Below are positions 36,395 through 47,090 of a stretch of DNA of 64,000 bases, in pieces (position 1 is the first letter of the stretch; each line of letters begins with the position of its first letter). The notes beneath the pieces are model-generated. The model had not been told where the DNA came from, searched no databases, and saw nothing but the letters and a program-made list of their open reading frames with translations. A program made the translations under genes and the position numbers. The DNA lies in NCBI GenBank assembly GCA_001462345.1, contig LIUM01000047.1:975-64974 (forward strand). Direction: 5' to 3'. This stretch comes from Fibrobacteria bacterium AD312 (GTDB taxonomy: Bacteria > Fibrobacterota > Fibrobacteria > Fibrobacterales > Fibrobacteraceae).

Positions 36395-39300
36395 ATGAAA
36401 AGAGAAACTATGAAACAAAATAATACATCGATTAAAACGGTGGTGTTTGGTTTGGTGCTCCTCCTTATGGGTATGGGTGGAGCTTATGCAGCAATGCCTT
36501 GCGAGGGGACTGTGTATTTTAAAATTCCGTCTACTTGGACTTCTGCATATACTGTCGCAGGTGGTCAAAAGACTGCATTTACTCCAAGTACTTATACTGG
36601 GTGGTCGCAAGTATCTACATCTGCAATAGGTGGAGCGAATGCCGCTAATGAATTCTTCATTGAGCAAACAGGAGCCAATGATTGTAATAGTGCTAAGTGC
36701 GTTCGTCGTGACTCCATGGATGTCATGTACTTGAATTTTGCAACAGGCCGTGGTTTCAAATGTACTGACTTTGGAACTACAGGTGAATTATGGATTTCTC
36801 CAAATCCTGACCCTGCTTATCCGAATGTACCCTATTTTAATTCAGTGGCTCCAGATGTCAAGTATTTCTATATATTTTTACCTGATGAGGCGGTATGGAA
36901 AAGCGCTGTTCCAATGATGAGTTCTGATGGTGGGCCTGGTGAAGCTTTAACGGCAGATCCTGATCGTTGTGGCTGGTATTTCAAACGCTATATTGATGAA
37001 CCTCTTCCTAGTTCCGTGGTTATTTATCGTGATGATGATCCTACACAAGCGGAAGCCATTGGTTTGAATGGTATATGGGATGAAGATGGCGTTGCAGATC
37101 CAATTCCTTTAGTAACGTATTTTACCCTATATTCTGCATCTACTCTTTATTTTGTTGCTGACGATAGTTATTGGGATGCAGCTCTTGAGGCAGAACAAGG
37201 CTGGAGCATTACTGATCCTACAGCGGTAAAAAGTAGTTGTACTTATAATTTGGCAGCGATGATTTATGATACGGATGCTTCTTTGCATGGTGCTTTCACT
37301 TGTGTGCCTGATTGGGTGCAGGGGCAAACCCCTGCTCAAGCGGCGGTGAATGCTTGTTATTATCCTACTGCTCCGTACAATGTGGCTTCTTCCGCTACAG
37401 GTCAAGTGCCTTGTATTGGTGTTACGCCAGGAATTGTGGACCCGATATTAGGGGCAGATAATAAACCTGTTTATAATAATGCTAGTGGTTGTTTCCCTAA
37501 TGGTGGGTTTACTGAATTATTCAACTCCACTCCAAACGTCAATGAAACCTATTGTTTTGATTTACCTTTTTCTCGTTCTGATGATGGTCAATGGGAATTC
37601 AATTCAGATACTTACCAAAGTCCAGGAGCATCTGTCCCTGGCGGGTTTTATCCTGCAGAAACGACTCCAACAGCTACTTTGGTTTCTGCAGCTCTTCCAG
37701 CTGCTGAGACAAAACGTAAAGCAGAAGGCCCTGTATTCCTTTGTAAAGGGCTAAGAGCGTTAGATCCAACAGAAAACGTTCCTGTAATTGACGTGTTCTG
37801 TAAAGGACCTGGTTATAATAGCGTTAATGCAGAGAATTGTGCTGGCTTGTTTAAAGGGGGTAGTGAATTTACTGCTGCTCTTTACCCACAACTGGGTTTA
37901 ATAAATGATGCTGATGGATGGGGTTGGAGTTGTCCTAATGATGCTCCTATTGGTTGGCCAAAATATCTTAAAGGAACAGAAACTCCTTCGGCTGCGACTT
38001 CTGCGGAGAATCGTTGGACCTCTGGTGTAGCTGATAATACACCAACTGGGGCTTTAGGTCGTAACCAGCATTTCTGTTTTGAATCTCATGCTAGCTTTAC
38101 ATATAAACCAGGTTTGCGTTTTAGTTTCCGTGGGGATGACGATATCTGGGTCTTTATTGGTGGTAAACTCGCTGTAGACTTAGGTGGAACTCATTTGGCG
38201 GCTCCTGGTTACGTTAATTTAGATCAAATTACGGATAAGAGCGGAAATCCCTTGGTTGTAGGGGCAACATATCCGATTGATATTTTCTTCTGTGACCGTC
38301 GTACTACGATGAGTAACGTTCGTATTAAAACGAATATGTATATTCAACAAAAAACAGGTATTACTTATGTTCCTGATAATAGTGAACCTGGTGTAAAGAA
38401 GTATAAACTATGCTGGAATGAATCTGGTGATGGTTCTTGTGCTGCGGCAATGGGTGGCACTAGTGGCTCTGTAGAACTTTGTGGTCAAGATATTATTAAA
38501 GCAAATAAAACGATTGACTATACTTTGACCCGTCGAGATGGCTCTGTTGTTCCTAAGGGTGATGTTGCTGATTTAGCTGCTGCAGGAGTGTATTTTGGAG
38601 GCATTGATTTAACTAATCGTCATACAGCTGCCATCAATGTGGAACATATGCAAGGTTTATCTCCTGGAACCTATAAATTAGTGATGGGTATAGGAAATAA
38701 GAGCACATATGTCACATTCCGTGTTTCAGGATCTGTTGATGTAGTTGTTCGTGATGCAATTGATCCAGCGGTATCGCCTTCTCCAACATGGAAATTTGTA
38801 AGTTCGGCTATGGCTGGAACAAAGATTCCTATCTATGTTTCAAGTGTGGCTGACCCAGGCACTGGTAATTTGGAATTAGACCTAGAAGGTGCAGTAGGAC
38901 AGGCTTATTCTTTAACGACTTCTTCGAATTTAAATCTCTATGCAGATAGTGCAAGTGATGCTATTTTAGCACCGACAGATTTCCCTAGAAGTATTGGAGC
39001 AAGTGGTGTTGATACCCTTTGGGCTACAGTTCCTCTAGCTGCAATGACTGCCTCTACTGAGGCTCATACTGTTCAGGTGACTGGCCGTCCAAGTGTAGCC
39101 GCTCTTACTTTCTATGCCCCTAAAATTATCTTTGCGGATGCTGCTGGAACTCAGATAACGACATTAGCAGACACTATGTGGGTTGGTTCTGCTTATAATG
39201 TTCGATTAGTGGCGATTAACCCTCTAACAAATGCGGTTTGTTCTGATTGTAACTTTGCAGTGAATAGTGGTAGCCAAACATCGAATAAGGTCGAAACAAT

Positions 39301-40834
39301 TCCTGCAACAATTGATGTTGTCAATGGTGAAGCTACAGTAACATTCCGTTCTTTGACCGAATACATAGATGTACCAGCTACACTTTCTTTAGTTGGTCCT
39401 AATGCCGCATTATTGAGTGCTACATTATCACCTCTATATTTCAAAGATCCTCCGGTACCGTTCCCAATTCTTGTTGAAATCTATGATAAACATGGTGCTC
39501 CATCGGCAAAGACTCTTGCGATTCCTACGCCATATTTCTCTACTTCTCAAGAATACTTAGATGGTATTGCTGATTCTTTGGTTGTTCATTATCATCGTTC
39601 TTTCCATAAAGATTCATTACCAGACTCTGTATTTGTGAAATGGGATTTAAAAGCGGAGAACGGCGGTGTGTTAGATTCAATTAAGTTGGACAAGAATCAA
39701 ATTATGGCTGGAACTAACTGTAATGGAGATCTTTGTGACAGTATCCTTCGTTTTGGTGGAATTGAATTCTCTAAAGGAATTCAAACTGTCGGTTCTCCTA
39801 ATACCATCCTTTCTTCTTGGGCAACTTATTTAGATAAAACTCGCCCTGTGTCATTAGCTTCACAGGCTATAATCACGGATCGAATTGCTCCTATTCTTTT
39901 GAAAGGTCGTGTTTCAAACGTGAAGGGGTCTGCAGGATTTGATCGTGTGGCTCTTCTAGCTTCTGAACCTGTTTTAATCAAGAATTCGACTGTTTCCGCT
40001 TCTTATGGTTTAAGTGCTTTTACTTATTATCTAAAGTCTGCTACAGAAGTAGGAAATACTGCTGATGCAAAATATCTCAATGTTATTGCTAATTCAGGAG
40101 ACCTTTCTGCAGCAAGAGATACTGTGATGATGCTTTATAACAATACGGATAATCTAAAACCATCTCCACGGGCTGGTGACTACGTTCGCTTCCGTGCAGA
40201 CATTGCAGAATTAATTTCGGATGTCGGAGGCAATTTCCCTACGAATTATGATGCAGAAGTTGCTTCTCCTTGGGCTCCTATTGAAGGTGATGCAAAATCT
40301 GAAGTTCTTTCAATACCATTAAATTCTCCAGATCCTGATAAAATTAAGGATGATATGAAGGATGGAAAAGTGGTTGAAATATTCCCTGTTGATATTTACG
40401 ATAGTAAAGATACGGTTAAAGCAAAATATCCAAATACTTTAGGTCATATCGTGAAAACAGATATCGGTAATATTTTAACTTCTGCTGAATTTGCTGATGT
40501 TGATCCTAAGGGTGTAAGTTTGGTAATTGAAACGCAGTACTTTACTAATTTAGGTTCATTTGTAGCAGGATCGTCTTATACTATTTCTTGTATAGACCCA
40601 TTCTTTAATGCTAGTTACCCTGAAGATAAAACTACAGTAGGTGATTGCAGGCAAAATCCTAAGTATGTTTATGTTGCTTGGAATATGCTTTCTCAAGATA
40701 ATAGAATGGTCGGTACAGGTGCCTACATTTCTAAAGTATCTACTTATGTCACTATCCCTGGCCACGGGACAACAGGTAAGCATGACCTAACAGAAATGTG
40801 GGGTGTGAAACGTGGTGGTAATATTTTCAAATAG
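36395..40834 (+). CDS. giant secreted fibro-slime (PA14-like) domain protein
   Basis: An SD (ggagag) is followed by a signal peptide. The fibro-slime block is FSFRGDDDIWVFIGGKLAVDLGGTH. The product is ~1480 aa and rich in T/S/G/A. Confidence 0.65.
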   Translation: MKRETMKQNNTSIKTVVFGLVLLLMGMGGAYAAMPCEGTVYFKIPSTWTSAYTVAGGQKTAFTPSTYTGWSQVSTSAIGGANAANEFFIEQTGANDCNSAKCVRRDSMDVMYLNFATGRGFKCTDFGTTGELWISPNPDPAYPNVPYFNSVAPDVKYFYIFLPDEAVWKSAVPMMSSDGGPGEALTADPDRCGWYFKRYIDEPLPSSVVIYRDDDPTQAEAIGLNGIWDEDGVADPIPLVTYFTLYSASTLYFVADDSYWDAALEAEQGWSITDPTAVKSSCTYNLAAMIYDTDASLHGAFTCVPDWVQGQTPAQAAVNACYYPTAPYNVASSATGQVPCIGVTPGIVDPILGADNKPVYNNASGCFPNGGFTELFNSTPNVNETYCFDLPFSRSDDGQWEFNSDTYQSPGASVPGGFYPAETTPTATLVSAALPAAETKRKAEGPVFLCKGLRALDPTENVPVIDVFCKGPGYNSVNAENCAGLFKGGSEFTAALYPQLGLINDADGWGWSCPNDAPIGWPKYLKGTETPSAATSAENRWTSGVADNTPTGALGRNQHFCFESHASFTYKPGLRFSFRGDDDIWVFIGGKLAVDLGGTHLAAPGYVNLDQITDKSGNPLVVGATYPIDIFFCDRRTTMSNVRIKTNMYIQQKTGITYVPDNSEPGVKKYKLCWNESGDGSCAAAMGGTSGSVELCGQDIIKANKTIDYTLTRRDGSVVPKGDVADLAAAGVYFGGIDLTNRHTAAINVEHMQGLSPGTYKLVMGIGNKSTYVTFRVSGSVDVVVRDAIDPAVSPSPTWKFVSSAMAGTKIPIYVSSVADPGTGNLELDLEGAVGQAYSLTTSSNLNLYADSASDAILAPTDFPRSIGASGVDTLWATVPLAAMTASTEAHTVQVTGRPSVAALTFYAPKIIFADAAGTQITTLADTMWVGSAYNVRLVAINPLTNAVCSDCNFAVNSGSQTSNKVETIPATIDVVNGEATVTFRSLTEYIDVPATLSLVGPNAALLSATLSPLYFKDPPVPFPILVEIYDKHGAPSAKTLAIPTPYFSTSQEYLDGIADSLVVHYHRSFHKDSLPDSVFVKWDLKAENGGVLDSIKLDKNQIMAGTNCNGDLCDSILRFGGIEFSKGIQTVGSPNTILSSWATYLDKTRPVSLASQAIITDRIAPILLKGRVSNVKGSAGFDRVALLASEPVLIKNSTVSASYGLSAFTYYLKSATEVGNTADAKYLNVIANSGDLSAARDTVMMLYNNTDNLKPSPRAGDYVRFRADIAELISDVGGNFPTNYDAEVASPWAPIEGDAKSEVLSIPLNSPDPDKIKDDMKDGKVVEIFPVDIYDSKDTVKAKYPNTLGHIVKTDIGNILTSAEFADVDPKGVSLVIETQYFTNLGSFVAGSSYTISCIDPFFNASYPEDKTTVGDCRQNPKYVYVAWNMLSQDNRMVGTGAYISKVSTYVTIPGHGTTGKHDLTEMWGVKRGGNIFK

Positions 40835-40854
40835 TATTTTTGACTTTTTAATAA

Positions 40855-40888
40855 AAAAAGAGCTCTCGTGAAAACGGGAGCTTTTTTT
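40855..40888 (+). terminator. rho-independent terminator
   Basis: The hairpin agctctcg…cgggagct is followed by T7. Confidence 0.55.
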
Positions 40889-40915
40889 ATAAATAAAAAA
40901 TGCTATTATTAGAAT

Positions 40916-41320
40916 ATGAGTAAATTATTCTTTTTATTGTGTCTTTTATGTTCCTCTGTATTTGCGGATCCTACGGATTTAGATACTCTTTTTAGAGGAA
41001 AAGAATATAGACCTGTTCTCAATGAATCTTTAAGAACACAGTCTGAAAAAAACAGTGAAATGGTTCAATCTTCTTCGAAATCAGATAAGAAAAACGATGG
41101 CATTTATGTTCTTCAGTTTGAAGCAGTAGCTGATTTTGATGCTGCTCAACGTCGAAAAGCACAGCTTTCTGCAAGTACGGGTTATGCAATTCAAGTTGTT
41201 TTTGATACCCCTTTCTATAAACTAAGAGGGGGAAGCTTTGATTCTAAAGCAAAAGCAGAAGACAAAGCAAGAGAGCTTTCTGTTTATAATGTGAATGCTC
41301 TTGTAATAAAAATTCGTTAA
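40916..41320 (+). CDS. small secreted SPOR-domain (peptidoglycan-binding) protein
   Basis: A signal peptide is followed by a C-terminal SPOR-like fold (…YVLQFEAVADFDAAQRRKAQL…YKLRGGSFDSKAKAE…). Confidence 0.55.
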   Translation: MSKLFFLLCLLCSSVFADPTDLDTLFRGKEYRPVLNESLRTQSEKNSEMVQSSSKSDKKNDGIYVLQFEAVADFDAAQRRKAQLSASTGYAIQVVFDTPFYKLRGGSFDSKAKAEDKARELSVYNVNALVIKIR

Positions 41321-41365
41321 TTTAGAACAAGGCCGAGGGTTTCTAGCTATGCTTGCATAATTGTA

Positions 41366-44300
41366 TTATTCAAGCAAGCCTAAGAATTGGCGTAGGGAAG
41401 CGTTGTCCATAGAAGAAGGTAATAGAGCACGTTCTTCTGGAGAAACATAAGAGAGCTTTCTTTCATTTGGATTGAGTTCACCACGATAGCGTAGCTTAAT
41501 TTCTTTTTGTTTCATGGAGTAATAGAACGGGCCTGTCTTAACAAAGGCTTGTGCTTGTATCCCTTGTTTTAAGGCATTATCTAATATTTGAGTAATCTTT
41601 GGACCTTCTCGATCTAGTTGATGGAGATTAAGAATTCTTCTCCTTAAACAATCACTATGAATAGGACTTTCCTTATCAATATAAAATAGTAGTTGAGAAA
41701 TAATTGATTTTAGAGACAATTCAGGAATTGGTTTGTGGTGCTCTGTACCTTCAATTTGTGGATTCTTAATAATATAGGGTTCTATAGGAATTTCGGGAAC
41801 CGTGGTTTCTTCTATAGATGATTCTGTTTGGGTGTCTGTGGAAGAACTAGATTCTTGTATAGGAGCAACACTTTGTTCGATTGAAATGGTGGCGAGTAGA
41901 TGATCTGTTTCGTCTTGTATAGAAGAAATCCAAATAGGACTCCATATATTGAGAATTTTCCAACCAAGATTACTTAGAGAAAGAGGGCGAATGTATTCAA
42001 TATCTTCTACAGATTCTTTTAAGTATTTTGGATAAGAATCATCTTCGATGGCCGCTAAAAAATGATTTGGGTTATTATTATCATAAACACAAAGACAAAT
42101 AGAAATATTATTTAAAGACCAACCCACTTCATAAGAAATTTCGTTTTTATCAAAAACGGATTGAATGTATCGCAGTAGAGGAGTTTGAACTTCTTTAATC
42201 TGATAGAACTCAAGGGTTTTATATTTTTGTAAATAATCAAACCAAGAATAAAGCAATTCATTTTTTGGAGTTGAAGCTTGATCTTGTATTGTAGAAATAA
42301 AAACTTGTACTTCTTGTTTAGCAAGTGAGGCGCAGACTTTGATTTTGCCTTTAGAAATGGAAGAATTAAAATCTAAATCCTGTTCTGCACATACTAGAAT
42401 GGTGTCTCGATAAAGCCCAGTAGCTCTTTCTGGAGTTTTTATAAAGCAATAACGAGAAAGATTTTTGATGTCAAATACTCTTTTCAATAAAGAAGAATCT
42501 TCAATCTGGTCTTCGAGTTTTTTACGAATTTCTTGGCATTGGTTTTCTGTGAATGCGATAATTCCAAGTGTCTGCGCTGGTTTTGTTTTTAGATGTTGAA
42601 TAGCGAGCTCTGCGATGCTTTGAACTGGATCCACTACTTTTTTTAACCCCAATCCCTTAAAGTTTGATTTATGGGGTAGAGGAAATTGTTGGATTGTATT
42701 GTTGTAAAAAGCTTCGTTAATAAAGTGAAATAAAGCGGGGTGTTGGTATAACCTTGAGAAAGAAAGTGTTCTAAAACCAGCTCCTTTTTGTAGAAGCAGG
42801 CTTAAAATATTTTTTTGTTTAGAAATACTAATCTTTTGTGGTGTATCCGAGTTTTCAAAACCATCGGTAAAGAGAAGCTCTAAATCAGGGTTTTCAACAT
42901 CACCCATGACAATCATTTTGTCAGAAGATAAAATAGCTGGAATGCATTCCGCTGTGGAAATGATTTCAGCATCTAAAATAATGACAACATCATACTTTTG
43001 AGATTTTTTTTGAGAGATGGAATAATAATCGCAGACATTTAATATCTGTAAACTGTCTGGGAATTTCTGAATAGTATCTTCAATAAATCTAAAATTGGCA
43101 TTGCAATAATCATCAATTAGAGATCGATAATTTTTGCTTAATTGAGATTTTTTTTGTGATGAAAGAGAGAATAAATCTTTTTTCTGTTTTGTTAGTTCAT
43201 CTATTTGATATTGACACCAATATTCAGTTAAAGAGGTAATCAATTCTTCTTTTGGTTTTGTTTTATCAAAGATGTAATCAACTAAAGTGAGAAGGCCTTT
43301 TTGCTTTAATCGATCAATCCAGGCGTTTGTTTTCACTTGAATATCTAAGTCAGATAATCCGTCCATCCAGTTTCTTAATAGATTGCCCTGTTCTTTTAAT
43401 GGTATTGTATCAAGAGGATTGATTAGAGAAAGTAGTTTTGATATCTTAATACAATTGTTTTGAATGTTTTTAAGTTGTGTTTCAATTGTTTGAATATCAT
43501 AATCCAAGTTCTTAAATAGATGGTGCTTTTCAAGAATCTTAAATGCTAAAGAAGCTGTTTGTGGGTCTTTGATTTTATTTTTTAAATCAAAGAAATATTT
43601 TTCTTTGACGTGTAATAGAACCCAATTTGATTTCTCATATTTCCAGTCTTTTCCAAAAAGACGATTCGCCATGGGCGCTGAATTTTTATAAAAATTACGA
43701 TGGTTTTGGAGTTCAATTAATTCGTCTATTAAAATAATTAATTCGTCATCAGATTCTATTTCTTTGGGTTCTTTAAATAGAGTAAGAAGTTTCTTTTTTC
43801 TGGAACGATAATTGTCAGAAAAAGCTTTAAACGAATTCTTTGTGATTTCTGCAAATTCATCTCTAATGGCTAAGACGCTTTCGTCAATGGCGGCTTCTGT
43901 ATAAATAAGAGATCCATCTCGGCGATACCTTGCCCAGATGCTTCCTGAGACAGGAAGTTGCAGAAGATTTTCGCTATAATTATCCCAATCGGAAGACTCT
44001 AAATCCCACCCTTCGTAAGAAGGAGTGTCTTTATCAAAATAATTTTGAATAATAGAGAAAACGGGTTTAATCGTTTCTAGGGTTAAGGCTTCGTTAAAAA
44101 CATTTTCTGCTTCTAGAATATCAATAAAAGGAGTTAGGAAATCAATACTTTCAATTGCTGGACTAAGTAGTTGAGCAAGAGCATTTTGTTGCTCTTTATC
44201 AAGAACTTTTATATTACAAGATTTAAAAGTTTCTAATGCTTTTTGTGTTGTGGGGTTTGAAAACTCATGAATTAGTGTTTCTACTGTTTTCTTTACGGCT

Positions 44301-45472
44301 TTATATTCTTTGAATTGAAGCTTTTCAATGCCATTAAAAACAGAATCTGGAACACGATTATAAACAGGAGGGGTATTTAATTTTTCTTCAAATAATTCAC
44401 TTAAGGAAATTTGTCCTGACACTGTTTCTGAATTGACGATTTTATAATAGGCGATTAAATCGGTTCTGACTTTATTTAAGTTATCCTGAATTTCTAAACG
44501 ATTGTCTCCTTTTGAGGAAAAATATTCAGGAAAAAGCATTTTCTTTATGTTTTGAGTAGATGCAGCTCTTTTCGTAAGGACAAGTGTTTTTTGATGATTG
44601 TGTAGAGAATCTGCAATAATATTTGCTGCTGTTTCAAAAGCGAATGTTCCTGGTGGCGTTTGGATGACGTAGGCCTCATTTTTAGGATTTAAGGCATCTA
44701 CAGTGGCTTTAATCGTATTGAAATCAGTAGGGTACAGGAATGCTCGGTCTGAAGGTTGATAAGCTTCGTTAGGTTCTTTTTCATCAAAAACAGAGGTTGC
44801 TACTCGAAAGCCTTCGTCATCAAATAACTTGGAAAAAAGAGAGTTCTCTTGTAATTTAAGCGATTCAGAATTTTGTATTAAATCGAATTGTCTATAGAGA
44901 TAAAAATGAGAAGTACTAAAAAAGGAAAGACATAATCCGCGACGAGAAAACTTCCAGAGGGGCTGTTTGCTGATAGCCATCTCTACCATGCCAAAGTATT
45001 TTTCAAAATCGGGGCGATCATTGACTAATACATCTGTTATTTTGGGCAAGAGAACTTCGCTTTTTACTTGTTCTCGTAAGGGGATATTTTCAATAGGAGC
45101 TAAATCAGATAATTCAACTGATAGACTTTCAAGATCCACTTTTAAGGGGATTAATAAAACAGGAGCCATCTTATTGCCTGTCCACTTTAGAAAACCAGCG
45201 GCAAGGTATAAATCGGGGACTCCAAAGTCTTCCTGTTTTCTTTTTAGAACTTGCTCAAAAAAAGCTGAAGAATCATTAGGGAAAAAAGATTTTAGAGGAA
45301 AGGACTTTCCACTTTTAGTCCAATTATCGATAAATAAATCGCTACTTTCTTTAATCAAGGGTGATTGCAAGACATTTTGTGCTGGAAAATTTAACAGCCG
45401 ATTTTGGAAAGACGAATCTAAAATTTCAAGTTGTAATTTTGAAATTTGAGATGAAAATGACGATTTGGACAT
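41366..45472 (-). CDS. SF1 helicase-like protein (DUF4011/AAA_11/DUF3320-type architecture) with degenerate ATPase motifs
   Basis: The N-terminal block is DUF4011-like (…FLKWTGNKMAPVLLIPLKV…). The Walker-A position reads VIQTPPGTFAFETAANIIA where G-x-G-K-S/T is expected. Motif II is DAEII, and there is a C-terminal DUF3320-like tail. Confidence 0.45.
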   Translation of the reverse strand: MSKSSFSSQISKLQLEILDSSFQNRLLNFPAQNVLQSPLIKESSDLFIDNWTKSGKSFPLKSFFPNDSSAFFEQVLKRKQEDFGVPDLYLAAGFLKWTGNKMAPVLLIPLKVDLESLSVELSDLAPIENIPLREQVKSEVLLPKITDVLVNDRPDFEKYFGMVEMAISKQPLWKFSRRGLCLSFFSTSHFYLYRQFDLIQNSESLKLQENSLFSKLFDDEGFRVATSVFDEKEPNEAYQPSDRAFLYPTDFNTIKATVDALNPKNEAYVIQTPPGTFAFETAANIIADSLHNHQKTLVLTKRAASTQNIKKMLFPEYFSSKGDNRLEIQDNLNKVRTDLIAYYKIVNSETVSGQISLSELFEEKLNTPPVYNRVPDSVFNGIEKLQFKEYKAVKKTVETLIHEFSNPTTQKALETFKSCNIKVLDKEQQNALAQLLSPAIESIDFLTPFIDILEAENVFNEALTLETIKPVFSIIQNYFDKDTPSYEGWDLESSDWDNYSENLLQLPVSGSIWARYRRDGSLIYTEAAIDESVLAIRDEFAEITKNSFKAFSDNYRSRKKKLLTLFKEPKEIESDDELIILIDELIELQNHRNFYKNSAPMANRLFGKDWKYEKSNWVLLHVKEKYFFDLKNKIKDPQTASLAFKILEKHHLFKNLDYDIQTIETQLKNIQNNCIKISKLLSLINPLDTIPLKEQGNLLRNWMDGLSDLDIQVKTNAWIDRLKQKGLLTLVDYIFDKTKPKEELITSLTEYWCQYQIDELTKQKKDLFSLSSQKKSQLSKNYRSLIDDYCNANFRFIEDTIQKFPDSLQILNVCDYYSISQKKSQKYDVVIILDAEIISTAECIPAILSSDKMIVMGDVENPDLELLFTDGFENSDTPQKISISKQKNILSLLLQKGAGFRTLSFSRLYQHPALFHFINEAFYNNTIQQFPLPHKSNFKGLGLKKVVDPVQSIAELAIQHLKTKPAQTLGIIAFTENQCQEIRKKLEDQIEDSSLLKRVFDIKNLSRYCFIKTPERATGLYRDTILVCAEQDLDFNSSISKGKIKVCASLAKQEVQVFISTIQDQASTPKNELLYSWFDYLQKYKTLEFYQIKEVQTPLLRYIQSVFDKNEISYEVGWSLNNISICLCVYDNNNPNHFLAAIEDDSYPKYLKESVEDIEYIRPLSLSNLGWKILNIWSPIWISSIQDETDHLLATISIEQSVAPIQESSSSTDTQTESSIEETTVPEIPIEPYIIKNPQIEGTEHHKPIPELSLKSIISQLLFYIDKESPIHSDCLRRRILNLHQLDREGPKITQILDNALKQGIQAQAFVKTGPFYYSMKQKEIKLRYRGELNPNERKLSYVSPEERALLPSSMDNASLRQFLGLLE

Positions 45473-45492
45473 GCTTTGAATATACCTAATTT

Positions 45493-46371
45493 TTATTGAA
45501 GATATCCTTCAATTTGCTTAGAAAACAAAAAAATAGATTCATTTAGTGTCATTGGAACTTCTTTTTCTATTAAATGTAGCTTAAAACAGATTTGTCCAAG
45601 TAGGACTTCCCGAGATAGGCCTTTCATTTTTTCAGCTCTAAGGCTTTGAGAATGTTGCCTTTTTGATAATTTTAAGCCTGTTAGGGGATCGTATAGTAAA
45701 GAATGATGGAAATAGTGCGGGGGGGTCTTTTTTCCTAAAAGGGACATTAAAAAAATTTGTCTTGCTGTAGAACTCCTAAGATCTTCACCCCTGACAATCA
45801 TGCCTATGTTTTCTTCTATATCATCCACGCAAACCGCAAATTGATACGTCCATTGCCCTAAACGGTCTCTTAAGGCAAAGTCACCACATTGTACGGCTGG
45901 ATTTTCTGTAAATGGGCCGAGTTTAAGATCATTCCACTGCACTGGAGATGATTCTACAATAAGACGGGTGGTATTTGGTGGAGTAATTTTTAGATCTTTG
46001 TTTAGACAATGTCTTTGGTAGATGATTTCCCCATCAGAAGAGGAGGGGTTTTCTAAGGATAGGCTTTTTCTTGAACAATCGCATCCATAAATCAAGTGTT
46101 GTTTCTCTAGTTTATAAAGGGCTTGTTCGTAAATTTCGTGTCGATTGCTTTGTTTGCTCTTTGAGTCCCATTCAAAACCAAACCATTCTAAATCTTCATA
46201 TATGGCGTCAATATACTCGTTTCGAGCACGGCTTTGATCATGATCTTCGATTCGTAAATGAACAGGGTAGTTTTTTAGTTTTGCCATAGCCCAAACATAT
46301 AGAGCGGAAAGCAAATGGCCTTCGTGTAAATATCCAGTTGGGCTTGGTGCAAAACGTATGTTGAGTGTCAT
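45493..46371 (-). CDS. gluQ: glutamyl-Q tRNA(Asp) synthetase
   Basis: It has a truncated GluRS catalytic domain (…RFAPSPTGYLHEGHL…) with no anticodon-binding domain, in a 292-aa product. Confidence 0.8.
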   Translation of the reverse strand: MTLNIRFAPSPTGYLHEGHLLSALYVWAMAKLKNYPVHLRIEDHDQSRARNEYIDAIYEDLEWFGFEWDSKSKQSNRHEIYEQALYKLEKQHLIYGCDCSRKSLSLENPSSSDGEIIYQRHCLNKDLKITPPNTTRLIVESSPVQWNDLKLGPFTENPAVQCGDFALRDRLGQWTYQFAVCVDDIEENIGMIVRGEDLRSSTARQIFLMSLLGKKTPPHYFHHSLLYDPLTGLKLSKRQHSQSLRAEKMKGLSREVLLGQICFKLHLIEKEVPMTLNESIFLFSKQIEGYLQ

Positions 46372-46455
46372 ACATCAAAAATAGTTTTTTGAAAGTTTTA
46401 AACTATAAAATGGATAGTATATTTAAAAAATGTTCCTGTTTTTTGGAGTGTTTTC

Positions 46456-47055
46456 ATGGGTAAGTTGATTTTTTCTTCATTTCATATCTCTAAAGCCTTT
46501 TTTATAGGTGCTCTTTTTTCTTTTATTGGTTTGAGTTTTGCTTCGCAAATGGCGACAACTTATAATGGGGCTACAGTGATTTTACATGACAACGGGAGTT
46601 GGGAATATTATCAAAATAATGAGAATGTACGCGATTTAAGGCCTTCGTCTATTCCAGAAGAGGCGAAGGTTAAAATTTATGTAATGCATGAGAGTTATGA
46701 TAAACTACGTAAAAACAAAAGGCTTGAATTAGAGGCTGATTATGCTCCAGAAGAAGAGATACTAGATAGTTTACGTCAAATTCCAAAAGGTGGAATTCTT
46801 CATTTTTGCGTGCCAACAGATCAATTAAAGCCAAATGCGGTTAAAACTTATACCTATACTGTTTGGAATGATGGTAAAAAGCCTGTTTTTCAAACGACAA
46901 AACTAGATTCGGAAGCTTCACCAAGTGAAGAGTCGGGTGTTTCCTACCTTTTGTCTGTCCCCATTTATTCACGTTTGAAAGTGAAGGTTATTAAGGCGAG
47001 GGTTGAAAATAAGGAAGGAAAACAGACTCTCGATTTTGAGGTGCCTGTTAATTAA
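46456..47055 (+). CDS. secreted hypothetical protein
   Basis: A signal peptide is present, with no diagnostic motif. Confidence 0.4.
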   Translation: MGKLIFSSFHISKAFFIGALFSFIGLSFASQMATTYNGATVILHDNGSWEYYQNNENVRDLRPSSIPEEAKVKIYVMHESYDKLRKNKRLELEADYAPEEEILDSLRQIPKGGILHFCVPTDQLKPNAVKTYTYTVWNDGKKPVFQTTKLDSEASPSEESGVSYLLSVPIYSRLKVKVIKARVENKEGKQTLDFEVPVN

Positions 47056-47090
47056 TTTATATTAGAGTTTTGGGTGAAGAGGTTTAGATT

